DNA of 64,000 nt from Saccostrea cucullata. Its lineage: Eukaryota. The position numbers and the translations under genes are program-made. Positions 24,611 through 37,775 of this stretch are shown here, piece after piece; position 1 is the stretch's first letter, and every line of letters starts with the position of its first letter. The DNA lies in the NCBI RefSeq assembly GCF_032062105.1, contig NW_026938715.1, forward strand, positions 186,001 through 250,000, given 5' to 3'. The notes beneath the pieces are model-generated. The model did not search any database. It saw only the letters and a program-made list of their open reading frames with translations, and was not told where the DNA came from.

Positions 24611-27388
24611 TTTAAATTAATATTTTTTCGTGTTTAGTAGCAAGATTCTCTCTATTTAGATAATTTTGAATGTTTATGTTTTCGTGTGACGTCACAATTG
24701 ATTTCCCGCACTCGGAAAATACAAACATGAAGCGTTTGTATCATGTTTACGTCTAATTCAACGATGTCCTGTGCGATATTGAGGTAAGCTTCACCCTGTG
24801 ATATTTATGCAGTAAATAATTACGATGAAGGACTGACATTCAATCATAAATTTAGAAATATTTATTGACAGAATTTTTTCCAAATGAGGTTTTTGTCGCT
24901 AAAGCTGCCTTGAAAAATGTAGAAAGTATCCCAACCAAATACTATATAAAATTAGAACAATTGCTTTCAGATAATTTAAACACTATGAATATTCTGAAAT
25001 ATTTGGGTATATAGTGTTATCAATCATATTTATCGTTTGTGCGTAAAAAATTCGCATTATGGACTCCGTTATCATGGTTATGGGCCACTAAACATGAAGT
25101 ATCTAAACTCCATACAATCTCTAAACAGGGCGGTATTTGTGGGGCGATATCTTTTAAATAAGTCAAGAAATCCCATGACAGGACCGTTTAAAAATGTTTA
25201 GAACATATTAAATTAGTAATATAAAAAATACGAAAAAAATTCAGTGACAGGATTTTTTTCAGCTAAAGGTCCTGTTCCTCCTTAAGGAATTTCAAAGCTG
25301 ACTTCCATTAAAATAACACAACCATATTTGACAGTTGTCATTGATTCTGTACATCAAGTTGAGGAATGTGGTTATCAACATATTAGTTTTTGAATTTGTG
25401 AAAAATTAGAAGAGCTTCCAATTTTTTCTCTATTCTTTTTATTTATTCCACGTTTGAATTTAGTAATCATGGTAATAGGCACATAATAGATCATATTTAA
25501 TCTTCAAAACTTAGAAAGCAACAATATCATTTTTCTTATCATTTATTGTTAATTAGAACAATTAATGGTTGAAAGCTATAAAATGCCGAAAAGCAATTTC
25601 ACACTCCTGAACCTAGTACACTGGTGGCATTTAGTAGTGATACATCATATATGAGGCCTATGTGTACATTATAATATTTATATTTAAAAACAGTGCAGGT
25701 CTAACATTCTGAAATGCAAGCTAGCTGTCATATGATATGTTAATTTCTTTGAATTTAAGAATTTGATATAGTTCACCTGGTACATGTGGTACAAACAATG
25801 AATCACAGTTTCAACATGTACAAGGATCTAGTTATATAAGTATACAAACACCCAAAAGGTTCTGATAACATCACTGAAACTCAGGTTAATTCATCCTACC
25901 CCAAAAACATAGTGTGGTCAGTATATATACCTCTAGTTACCATGGTTACTTTCCATGGCCCTATTAACCGCGGAAATGAGGGGGTTAATTTTGCCAATAT
26001 ATTATAGAATACTATAGATGAGACACGACATTTAGATTTTGAGCATGTTGAGTTGACATGGTTACCAGTTAACATGGTGGCCGGATGGGGGCCGGGTGTT
26101 TATAGTATGTATTCTAGATTAGTAGATGCCAGAATTTTTTTTTAAACATACAGTAAGAAGTGTCAAGTCATACTCCTAATGTCTATCTATTCATGCTCCT
26201 TGCACTATTTGTAAATAAAAAAGAAAAATACCCAAGAGTTGATGATGCAATAATTTTTATCATGCATGAGTGATGATGCAATCAATCCCCAACAAGAAAA
26301 TGCAGATGAACAGTATACAAAATGTAAACAAAGTTAAACAAACCTCGTTTGTAAAACTATGGTAAACTTTAAAATTTTCAAAATTATACAAGGTTTGAAG
26401 TCCGAAGGTCGCGACGCAAAATAACATAATAACCGTTTTAATTCATTTTAAAAGACAGTTGTTGTTTGCACGTCGGAAAAAGATGTCTAAAAGTGGTCTA
26501 CTACTGAAGTTTTTCATTTAAAAAGAAAATAAATACTTAATTTATGAACACGACGGTAAATATTTTAGCTTTTTTTAAACATCATTATTATTATTCCGGA
26601 AATCAGCTGTTTTTTAAGGTCAAGTAAAGTTTGAGTTTTTCAAACCTGTTTTTCAATGAAATTTAATGTAAAGAATTAAAAATAAACCTACCTTATGATT
26701 AATATGTCTTCTAAACATTCGCTTACATATATTAGTCGACACTTTTCCACTTAGTAAATCGCCTAGATTTAGAGATTTTACTAAAATTCTTCCACTGAAC
26801 GCCATTTCAGCTCAACACCAAACCGTGGTCGACCTTCACCTCGATGTAGGTGTGTTGCTATTTCGCCAATGAAAATCCACTGACGTCACAACTGAACTGA
26901 TCACGTACACTTCCTAGACGAACGAAAAACAAAATGCGCCGAAAACCGCTCTAGATGTTGAAGAATAGATGTACATAACACTGTTTCAGGCGTATTTTGT
27001 TTATTACTATGATTACTCAAGTTTGATAATTTATAAAATTCTAAATATATTTCTCAAAACTTCGCAGCTGTGATTCAAGATCGGATTAAATTAATTTAAG
27101 CCATTTTGAAAATCAATTTAAGGCACTTTGAAAAAAAATTAAAGTGCGTTAAAGTTGGGACAAAATCAATGCACAGTGAAAATGTTTTTCAAAACATATT
27201 TCTATATCAATACGTCATGTACATTTTAAGCATATTAACACAATTGGTATATGACATACTTGAGTTAATTAACATAAAAATATATGGAGAAAAAAATGAA
27301 ATAAGCTTTCCGGCGCGAAAAAAGAAAAAGAAAAAGCTAGTAATTAAAGAATTATAAGAGTCTCAAGGACCATGTCGCTGATCTAAGC

Positions 27389-28664
27389 CGCCGTTTACAA
27401 AACACGGACAGGTCACGGAATCACGGATGCACGGAAATATAGAAAATAGTACAAATCACGGATTGTTTTTTGCACGGAAAAAATACATTAAAAAAATCCG
27501 TGAGATCTATAAATAAAAATAAAACAAGTATCGGGAGAAAATGTTACAATATTTAATAACAAAGATTTATATGATAAACTTAGTCTTACAATTACATTTG
27601 ATGGTTTTAGACTTTCTAATTTGTTTTTCACTAAGTGTTGTATGACATCGTGGATAAACCACTGGCGACACTTAGTGCAATTAAACATGAATCCATGTTC
27701 AGGCATTCTGCACGTGCAGAACAACTTCATATCAAATGTAAACTCTATTGACTGTTGGCGTTTACACGGAGATGACGGAAACTTACGGAAAATTCCGTCA
27801 GTGATACATTTCATTAAATGGGGCCTCATTGCTTCAGTGTGGAAATGAGTATTCTCTGGAAGTCCACCGAAACATATCTCTTAACTGCATTTGCAATGGC
27901 ATACAGTCCACAGTCGTTGCCATTTTTCTGGACATCAGAATTCATAAAGTGGACTGTAATGTTTTCCTCTGGAGAATGCATTATATTAGCAATGCTTTTA
28001 ATTGCGCTATCATAAAGTTTAACGCAAGATGCAAATTTTACATTCATAGTTGTAAACATTATCCAATGTTGACCACCAGTTTTAGGGTGTGTATGTACAA
28101 TTTGAATAAAAGTCAACAACTTGGACGAAAGCACGGCTTTTATAGACACAAAATCAAGTTTGACAGCATCGATCAAGGTATCGTGATCCGTTATCTACGG
28201 AACCATTAATCCGACCAAGTGATTCATCCGTGATTGTTACACCCACGGATTCAACACTTGCACGGACATCACGGACATCAGCTGTTTCCTTTTGGGCGAA
28301 ACGGCATTTGTGAATTATGTTCTTTATATAATATTAAATGTTTAACATCTCTAACACTTAGGCTAGAGTGCCTATTCGAAATTATAGGTTGAACTTCTGT
28401 AGCTTTATCGTCATCCATCTCGCGCCAAATCCTAGCTCTATTTGTGACGTCACCGTGGATACCATTGTTACGTATATAGTAAAGCTATACGGATTTCCGT
28501 AAATAAGTAAAATACTGATAATAATTACCGAATAACAGAAAAAATATTATGTAATTTAAATTTTCCGTATTGTACATAAAACTTTAATTTCTCGTATTTT
28601 GTAAACTTATTTCCGTATTCCGTGCATCCGTATTCCGTGACTTATCCGTGTTTTGTCAACCTCC
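27389..28664 (-). mobile_element. Mutator-like element (MULE) with 9-bp TSD
   Basis: TSD GATCTAAGC at 27380-27388 and 28665-28673; ~45-bp TIR built from CACGGA repeats. Confidence 0.88.
27488..28176 (-). pseudogene. Frameshifted Ulp1/C48-like cysteine protease plus PHD finger carried by the MULE
   Basis: IQIVH...HWI...LYDS...QKNGNDCGLYAIA (H/D/Q/C motif order), then FCTCRMPE...NCTKCRQWFIH in another frame. Confidence 0.8.
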
Positions 28665-30760
28665 GATCTAAGCAACAGTAGCCAAGTTTTAATTAAACCA
28701 ATTGACTACACTTTGTCCAAAGTACATGTAGCTTTACAAAATCAAATACAGTTCAGTGATGTTGCATCAATTTCGAAAGGGGTGGGGATCAGAGGAAAAA
28801 AGGAAAAATATATCCAAACTCGAAATTTCTATTTTGTGTGTGCAGGGGGGGGGGGGTGTATAAAGGCCAACTTCTTTCGGTACCATATTTTTTATAAATC
28901 AAAATACTACCGGGTATGTTTATTTCACTAAACTGCAGCAAAAAGTTGAGCTGGCCATGGGGTGTGGAACTGGACTTTTAATGAACATTTATTATACCAT
29001 AAAGGTGCACATATAGCACTTCTACTGCAGCAGAACTGTAGCTCTCCGAAAAAACATAATTGACAGACCGGAGAGCTACAGCTCCCAATTGAAAATACTA
29101 CATACATTTATTGCGCACAACTGATGTAAGAATTTGGAAGAATTAATACAGAAACCAGTGGATGGCACTGTAGCTCTGGATCCGGTCTGTTAATATATGT
29201 AAAAGGATTTTGAAACCAATTTGACATCCCCGGTTGAAAACCTTATACTGCGATACAGGACATGCACTCGCCTTGACATTCCATAATATATGAATGTCAA
29301 TGGGCTATAGATAATACTAGAAAATAATGTAAGAGAAAAGAGAAGTTCATTGAACTTAAGTATTTTGGTTTTAAAAAAAGAATGCGTTTCTGGTATAAAA
29401 AGTGATAACAAATTCTGAGACCTTTCTGCACATTTAACATTCCAAAACATGGAAGGACCATAGGCGCTTGGTTACAGGATGGTGTATTTTGTGTATTATG
29501 TGTTTTTATATACAGTAAATATGACATTTTAAGAATTTTTATTTTTATTTTAATGAGGGTATTCAGACACACCTAGAAAAACATATAATACACGAAATAC
29601 ACCATCCTGAAACCAAGCGCCTATGGGAAGGACTACTTACACTCGAAAAAAAAATCTGCAAGAGGAGTTTATGGAACCTGAATTTTATTGGAAAACTACA
29701 TTTGATGTTGAAAGAAAATTTAAATTTTTCTACATTCACGTGTGAAGGAAACTCCAACATTTACATTAATTAAGGACAGATGATACAAACAAACTTTTGT
29801 CCAAAAATTTGAAAACAACTTGGACCATGTTTTAATACTAGTAAGTAAAGTGAACTGCGACAAGTTCCACATGTACTTTTTATTTTTTTATTCAAAGTTT
29901 AGATTTGAAGTGAAAATATTTGTACAGATTAATAACGGTGGTTTCAGAAGGGTAGACTTTTGAACATCACAGAAAGTTTCCAATTTCTTTATATTCTAGA
30001 AATTTATTTTTTGCATCACATGCAATTGAAATTAGGGCAAAAAATATACAAATCCAGGCGTCCATTTTTTGTTTGTCTCATCTGTCCATAAAGTATACTT
30101 TGGATTTTTCATCCAGAAAGTGGATGAAGGTGAAGCCCGTCCATTCTCTAAATAGAATAACTTTGGGTGTACAAGGGTTCTTCAATGACTTTTTAAAAAA
30201 CAAAATATTTGTCTATGACATATTCACAACGTTTTACTACTGAAAAATCCAAAATTTAAGCTAAAACTAGCCTTCTATAAAAATCATACACTCTGATACT
30301 AAAACCGAACCTGGAATTCTATTCGTAATTTCATAAGTTAATTTATCAAGTTGGATTCATGCATCACATAGTTACACAATAAAGAAAGAGGACCAAAAGC
30401 GAAAAGATCGTTTCATATTGTTACAGTGTTGTAAGAGCGATAACTCGAAAACAAAAATCTCAAAGAATACGTGAGTTATCTATCTTTGATCAGTACTCTC
30501 CAGTGAATTTTTTGATAGCGCGCAATATTTATGCACGGAGCACACGGATTACATCAAATGTGAGTATTAATTTAAGAGTGAGAAACAATCTTTGTGAAGG
30601 ATTTTAATAGGCTATTTAGTACGATAAATAAACGATTATTTAAACAGAAGCAAACAATAAACACGAGTCGTCTGCTTTCATGCACATGTAAACAAACCTC
30701 GCGAGATCGCGCGAACTGTCAAAGTTATATATGCTGAAGAAACTTATTTTTTTTCCCCAG

Positions 30761-33102
30761 ATGAATAGAAAGACTACACCTTTAGTACCAATTTTCAACT
30801 GCAAGAAAAGAACAAGAGAAGCCATCATTGCTGAGGAGGGTGAAAATTACGCATCTTCATCCGATTTGGTCCATTATGGACAAGGTATGCAGACTTCACC
30901 AACGTCTTGTAAAATAATTTTATAATTTTAATCTATCAAAAGGCCTTTTTCTGCATAGGCGTCGGAACAAGGGGGGCTTAGCCCCTAACTTTTTATCCAA
31001 ATATATTTGTATAATAATTTTAATTTATCATAAAACCTTATTCTGGTAAGTTCATGTACAAACCTTGACACATATAACACTATGTATGGGAAAGTTATTG
31101 ACCAAGGTATACTTAAAAGAACTGTTAAACAGGTAATTTACCACCAAAATGATTGTGTTTTTTCCCCTTATTTCTAGGTGATTCACATAATGATGAAATG
31201 CAACATATCAGCTTTGACCACAACAATCAAACGGCACCACATTCCTACCAGAATAATAAAACATGGGAAAGTGAGCAAAACTTTAATTACCAACCCCGGA
31301 GTCAAGGGATGGACAATAACACAAGGTACAGCATGATGAATTTAAGAACATTTTTTTGGTTTGCATTGACTAATTACAGTTTTCAAAGTGACTAAGATCA
31401 CCACAATTAAAATCGCCCAAGCTCCCTGATTTTATAATTTAGTTAAAATTAAGCCACACATTACATCGTCTGTAACTTCTCACATCTGTAGCCAAAATTA
31501 ACCACTGTTCATGCTGTTAATTTGAAGAAATGTATATCAATCTGATTAAAATCAGATCCTTTGATCCGCTCACTTAGATCGCTACACAGACCTTGTGTAG
31601 CGATCTATGTGAGCGAATCAAAGGATATTAAAAAGATTTTGGAAAAGAAATGTTATGACTGTACATGAGGGTTTTTGTTTGTTTTTGTTAAACTGTTATT
31701 GTGGAAAATTTAGGTTTCAATATCAGCAGAGTGCCTCACAAATGAACAGAGGAAGACCAAGGAACTTTAATCAGAGTTCCTTTCACAGTCAGGCAAGAAA
31801 TTCCCAGAGATCAAACATGGACTTGATACCCCCAAACCCTCCAAATCCAAAATCAGCTAAATTCACTGCAAACCAAAGATCATCAGGGGCAGGAAACAGT
31901 CAGCAAAACAGACCCACAGGAGGGGGGCAGGGCCCCACTAACAGAGGGGGGTATGGGAAACAGGGCACTGCTAACAGAGGAGGGTACAGACAAAATGCCA
32001 ATAGTAAAGGGTTTGGTGGAGGCAGCAGTTATGTAAAGAATACCATGCATCCAAGTGCTACTTCCAGTAGTTCTTATCCGAAACAGGGTCAAAGCCAGTG
32101 GGACAAAAGCAAACAGTGGAATAGCAGGAGCAACCAGGGAAGCAGTAGTAGCAACCAATGGGACAATAGAAGCAACCAATTGAAGAGCAGTAGCAACCAA
32201 CAAAATCATGTTAACAGCCAATGGAGTAGTGGTAGCAACCAGTGGAATAGTGACAACAATGAGGGAAAAAGTTGTAGTGGTAACTTTGACTTAAGAAATA
32301 AAATAGGTTCAGCAGAAACAGGTTTTTGTAGTGGAAATCAAAGTTGGAGTCAGTCAAGAATTGGTGTGCAGAGACAACCAGAGAGCCAGTGGGGTAGAGG
32401 TGGTCAAATATGGCCGGCCATTGACATGAGTGGCAGTGCCAGCAATATGGACAAAAGATATGCACCAATTGCTTCCTCATTTCAGGTACTAGATTAAAAA
32501 TTTTAGTGTTTTGCAGAAATTTGCAAAGACCTTTCTCTTGCAAATTTTGAAAATGTATATGCAAGTGACTTCATACAATTAATTAAAATGCATTTAGAGT
32601 ACCTTTATTTTTAACTACATATTGAATTATAGATTCCCAATGCCACTGGAGATGGTATTCCCCAACATACTGTCAGCAGTGACTCCTGGCATCAAAATGT
32701 GTGGACAACACAGCAGCAGGGGAATGAAAGAGCTTCTCAAATGACCAAAGCCCCAAACACAGCTGAGGTACAAAATAATTCCTTGATTATTAAATCTATT
32801 TTAAAAATTTACACAATAAAGCTTGGACTAATCTGGACGTCACTGGTCAATTAGATGTGTGCCAGGTTAGACCTTGAGGTGGTTGTGACTACTTCAAGGG
32901 GGAGAAATACTCCTTGTAGGCACTGAACCCACATTTGGAATTTTCAAGGATCCATTTTGTATACCCTGTTCATGAATTTATATTTCTTACAGTTTTTTTT
33001 AGATCACACATACACTTTTCTTCATCTTGGTCATCTCCATGCACCTTTTTCATTACTGTAGAAAATTGAAGAATATTTTACAAACTTTTATGTTATTGTA
33101 TG

Positions 33103-33135
<33 letters not shown>

Positions 33136-35275
33136 TGTAAAAAAATTGTTTAAATTATGGTCTGATTTCACACTTTACTGAGTTTATGTCAAAAACAATA
33201 CATCAAAATTGTAGTGTTTGTAGTTTACTTGGTATCCATTCTCTAAAAATTTCATTTAAACAATATATTGCTTTCTTTGTTTGTTATTACTGGAATTAAC
33301 GGAAGCAGCTGTTGCAGAAAAAATACATAACCCGCTTATGCGGGTTATGTAAATTTTTTCTGCAATAGCTGCGACCGTTAATTCCAGTAATAACAAACAA
33401 AGAAAGCATTTTATTGTTTATATTTATATCTGTTTAAATAATCATTTAAAGTAGGATTAAAAAGATTGATTATTGTATTAATGATGCGAACGTCTTTATA
33501 CGTTTCATTGATGGAACAGCCACTGATCAATCTGAAATCTGTATTCAGTGGATGAAATAAAGGAGAAAATATATAGTAAATATAGATTGATGAATAGATA
33601 GCTGCAATTATTGTGTGGGAAAATGATATTCTGGTAAATTTTCTTTCCTTTTTTTTTTTTAAATTTATTAGTTAATTTAATCCAATTTTTTAAAATTAAA
33701 AAGTTAATTTATTATCTCTTTTTTTATAAGACAAAGACAGCCCAGAAGCCAGTGTTGGACAGATCCCTGAGAATCATAACTACAGACCTAGCTGGGATAC
33801 AGAACTGGGAACACCTCCGAGGGGTGTTCACTTTTCTGTTTGAGATATTTGGTAAGAATATATATTTAACTCAAGTTTGATGTATTTTATTGTACATTTC
33901 TTAAAATGAATACTGCAATAATATTAACAAGTGATTGGTAAAAGCTTTATTTAAAAAGTTACAATACATTTAAATGTTTTCCTTTATTGACTTTTTTTTT
34001 TTCAAAAGATTTGAATTGCATAAATTGATTTAAAGATACATGTAGATTTAAAAATACTATTATTTTCTAAACTTGAAATATTATTATTATAAGAAATTGA
34101 TTATCTATATTTGATTTTTTTTTTTATTCAAGCCCAGGTGAATTCTGCAACAGTTAAGGTTCCAGATGTTGATGCCAAAAAGTTTTCAATCAAGGAGGAT
34201 AATGCATCTATGAACTGTATCTTCTATGAAATTGTAAGGTTTACAGTACTAGTGCATCCTATAACAAACTTTAAATATACATGTAATATGCATGATTTGA
34301 GCATGATTGGTTTCACTTAACAAATTTTTTGCATAATTTTTAAAATACAACATTATGATTAATTTGAATTCAGGTACCATAAGTTTATAATATTTTAATT
34401 CTTATTTTTCTCACTAGAAACTATAACCAATTGCTATAAACCAAGAGTAAACTTTTTAATTAAATTGATTATTGTGATAGATTTGATTGATACATTGTAG
34501 GATCACTGTCTACCAAAGCTTACCAGAGGAAAAATATACAGGTATTTAAAACTTAAAAAAGACCTCCTCCCTGAACACTTTTAAGAAAATTACCTAACAT
34601 ACATAAAGTCCCTATATACACAATATTGTATTTTATACACATAACTGAAGATTAAAGAAAAATAATTTCATTATACCCCCCGCTTCAAAAGCGGGAGGGT
34701 ATATGGTAATCGTCCGTCCGTCCGTCCGTCCGTCCATCTGTCCGTCCGTCCTGTTGTTACGCTTTGGGGTACCCATCTCTTATCCGCAACTCCTCTCATA
34801 CCACTGAATGAAATTTGATGAAACTTTCACAGAATCTTTATTACATATTGCCATTGTGCACCTCCTATTTTACTTCTTGATCCGACACATATTTTGGGTT
34901 TCCCGGCCACAGGAAAACATGGACTTTTTCACCAGTTAAAACCATATGGGAGGCGGGGGGTATCATTTAGTGAGCTCATCGCTCACAGTACCTCTAGTTA
35001 ACAATTATTGTCATATACAAAAGCAATCATAATCCAAAAGTAGATGCATTGAAAGTATCAATTGTATGTATTTGTCAAAATGATAAGCTAAATAAGATTT
35101 ATAGTTTCTGATCTTTTTTGACAGAATTGTGGGATCCTATGACAGCCACCAAAATTTGATCAAATGTGTGTCGATCCGAGAGGCCATGCAGGAGGAGCAT
35201 GTAGCTCATCAGAAGAATGTGGAGGTGTGTGCAGAGTATAAACTGAAGCTCTCCAGTCTCGTCAGGGAGCAGTAA
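30761..35275 (+). CDS. SPATA22: Spermatogenesis-associated protein 22 (meiotic OB-fold partner of MEIOB), 8 coding exons
   Basis: N-terminal PLVPIFNCKKRTR motif. Exons 30761-30884, 31178-31325, 31714-32485, 32633-32767, 33731-33851 (SLRII...LFEIF), 34133-34233 (CIFYEI), 34501-34541 (DHCLPKLTRGKIYR), 35125-35275 (IVGSYD...KCVSIR, TAA). Phases are consistent. Confidence 0.9.
31556..31626. repeat. 71-bp near-perfect palindrome (mini-MITE)
   Basis: 33-bp arms ATCCTTTGAT.CGCTCAC.TAGATCGCTACACA around a 5-nt loop. Confidence 0.85.
33104..33134. repeat. poly-C tract
   Basis: About 31 consecutive C. Confidence 0.9.
33257..33420. mobile_element. Long palindrome (~80-bp arms), probable non-autonomous Crypton-like end
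   Basis: TAAACAATA..TGCTTTCTTTGTTTGTTATTACTGGAATTAACGG mirrored around ACATAACCCGC-TTAT-GCGGGTTATGT. Confidence 0.65.
34671..34998 (+). mobile_element. Non-autonomous Helentron-type (HINE/DINE-1-like) element
   Basis: Subterminal IR ATACCCCCCGC / GCGGGGGGTAT, (CCGT)n microsatellite, 3' hairpin GTGAGC..GCTCAC, ends CTAGT in a TT context. Confidence 0.8.
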
Positions 35276-35500
35276 TTAAGTTACCGTTACACACCTTATA
35301 CTAAGAGTCTTGTCAAGGAGCAGTAATTAAGTTACCACTGGTACACACTTTATGCTAAGAGTTTAGTATAAACTGAAGCTCTCCAGTCTTGTCAGGGAGC
35401 AGTAATTAAGATACCACCGTTACACACTTTATACGAAGAGTCTTATCAGGGAGCAGTGATTAAGTTAACACCAGTACACACCTTAACCTAAGAGTTTAGT
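35235..35500 (+). repeat. Tandem duplication spanning the SPATA22 stop codon
   Basis: Four copies of TCA(G/A)GGAGCAGT(A/G)ATTAAG arranged as two ~130-bp higher-order units. Confidence 0.85.
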
Positions 35501-36104
35501 GTCAAAGCTTACATGAACGTCGTTATAAAGCAGCTGATTGAAAAGAAAAAAGTGTTCGTTTAAAGTGTGCACATTGTAAATCATTTCACAAGGAGATGTG
35601 ATATTAAGACCTGACTATTGTTATTTGTTATCCAAATATTTGTTTTATTTAGAGGTTTTATTTATTAGGAACTTTTTTTAATTTAACAATAAAACAAGAG
35701 GTCATTGTTTTTAGGAATCCTAAGACCATTAAGAATACAGGTTATTTTGATAAGTTTTAATTAAAGTTTTTTGAATTTTACATACATTGTATTTCAACAA
35801 AGAGAACTAAACTGAATTGCTTGAAGCACCTGTGCTCACTGCTGGTTGACTGGATTTCAACATATTCTGACTGATAATTGGAATATTTGTTACTGGTTCA
35901 ATCTTATTAGTATACAAGGATTGTATATACTTACAATTTATTTTGTTTCTTTTGAGATTTATAATTTGTTTCTTTTGTGATTGAAACTTCTGCCAATTAA
36001 AAGAATAAAAAAATCTTATTTGTCATTTATCTATACACAACCTTTTTTTCACCTGAACATTAAGATATTGAACCAATGTCTTCATTGCAGTAAGCATTAA
36101 ACTC

Positions 36105-36230
36105 CCCACAAGTCTTGAACTAAGGGTCAGAGATTCTGAACTCGATCCCACTAGTCTTGGACTAAAGTTCAGAGGTTCTGAACTGCCTATAAGTCTTGGA
36201 CTAAGGGTCAGAGGTTCTTGAGTTAGGGTG
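36105..36230. repeat. Short ~40-bp tandem repeat (about 3 copies)
   Basis: AGTCTTG(G/A)ACTAAGGGTCAGAG(G/A)TTCTGAACT recurs. Confidence 0.7.
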
Positions 36231-36243
36231 AGTCTCTAATGAT

Positions 36244-36650
36244 TAGGGATGTGCGATTTTATGGGTATACCGGTATATCGCGATTTTTTGTTGCGTGATA
36301 CGTATCGTGATACAGAGACCTAAATACCGGTATTTAGGTACATATTATAAAGTCCAGAAATTATTCATTTATTTGTTCAATCTTTCAAATTACAATCATA
36401 GAAAGTCTAAAAAATGTTGTAAAAGGTGGAAAGAACGGCATCTTACCATCCAAACATGATTAATTTTATGTACATAAAAATTTCAAAAAAGCTAAATTTT
36501 GTTTTTCTAGAATATTTTAAGAAAAATAATAAAAATTCATTAAAAATCATTGTAAAAATTGCTGGTAAAAATATCATGATATTATCGTGATATTTTGGGA
36601 AAAAATCATGATATATCGCGATACAAAATTTTTAGCGATACCCATCCCTA
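36244..36650. mobile_element. hAT MITE with 8-bp TSD
   Basis: TAGGGATG...CATCCCTA termini; CTAATGAT on both flanks; subterminal CGATA repeats. Confidence 0.9.
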
Positions 36651-36954
36651 CTAATGATCACATAAATAAGTGCATATAGCTGTGTAGGTCAAACACAATG
36701 CATATTTATAATTAGCCAGGCTGCCTCTTTTAAAATCGGGGGTTTTATGGGATCTGGATCTAGGGTGTTAGGATGTGGTTTTATTGATTTCAAAGTGATA
36801 ATCATTACTCCTCTACAAATCTTCTCTGCTCCTGCATAGTTTGAAACAAACTTTGCATATGGTTGTGTGAGCAAAGGCTAGAGTGCCTATAGTCTTGGGC
36901 CAGGGTTCCTTGTAAAAGGTGGGGCTCATTTAATACTTACTATAGAGCAGAGTA

Positions 36955-37300
36955 AAGACGGATCTCAAAACATAAGAGGCAGGATCAGGTGCCTTTGAGG
37001 GGTGAGCATCCCCTGCCGACCTTTCACACTTGCTGTGTGCTCCTTGTAATGATCGGGAAATAACGGAAAAATCCGTGGACAATTCAGTGCGTAAATAATG
37101 GCCTAACAATTAGTATGAAAACATTAATCAGCATTTGACTTATTAATAGAGATTGTATTTGCTGACAAGGTCATTGTATCGTCCATAGAACTTACAAAAT
37201 GATGACGTTAATCGAGATTGCTGATATTCTTGATTCATCAACTTAATCAACAACTTACATGTACCTTGACGATTGAAAAGTTAAAGTCATCGCCTTTATT
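36955..37300 (-). mobile_element. 3' remnant of a Penelope-like retroelement
   Basis: GGATCAGGTGCC...AGCATCCCCTG motif shared with 43575-43640, 49525-49570 and (inverted) 58195-58255; degenerate RT C-terminus (KFYGRYNDLV). Confidence 0.55.
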
Positions 37301-37414
37301 ATAAAACTTGGTTGTTAGATAACCATTAAATTCTTCTTCTAGTAAATATCTAAATTTGAAACATATATGTCAGAATCTGTGGTATATTTTATTTTAAGCT
37401 CACCTGGATCTAAA

Positions 37415-37775
37415 TATTTCTATGTGTTTTCTCTGTGATAACTCTCTGAAAGTTACTAGAGTTAATTTCTTGATCATTCTACCCGAATGTAAATTTCGCC
37501 AAGCGACAGACCTGTGAGGAGCTATGGAGGCCTAATATGCATGTATATAAATCTCGTGCGGCTGTCTTTGAGTTTGACGTCACTGGGCGGGGACAATTGT
37601 AATTGACATATGTAATACCCTTTTAATTGAAAATCCATTAAATCCTAATTTACAATTTTATTTCACAATGTTCAAAATGAAAATATAATGAATCACTGTG
37701 TAGTTAACAGAGTATGCCAGGGCATCAACGATCATAGTTGGAAACGTGGGATAACCTGCATAACGGGCTTCGCTT
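37415..37775 (-). mobile_element. Truncated copy of the 47368-47839 Crypton-like element
   Basis: Reverse-complement homology to 47450-47830; ends exactly at the hairpin loop GGGCTTCGC. Confidence 0.75.

Noticed and set aside
24700-24783. Distal 5' UTR exon of SPATA22 (donor GAG/GTAAGC)
   Set aside because: Plausible but cannot be distinguished from a nearer candidate donor at ~30560 without transcripts.
25960-30600. Additional DNA-transposon fragments flanking the MULE
   Set aside because: Repeat-like texture, but I could not pair termini or TSDs with confidence.
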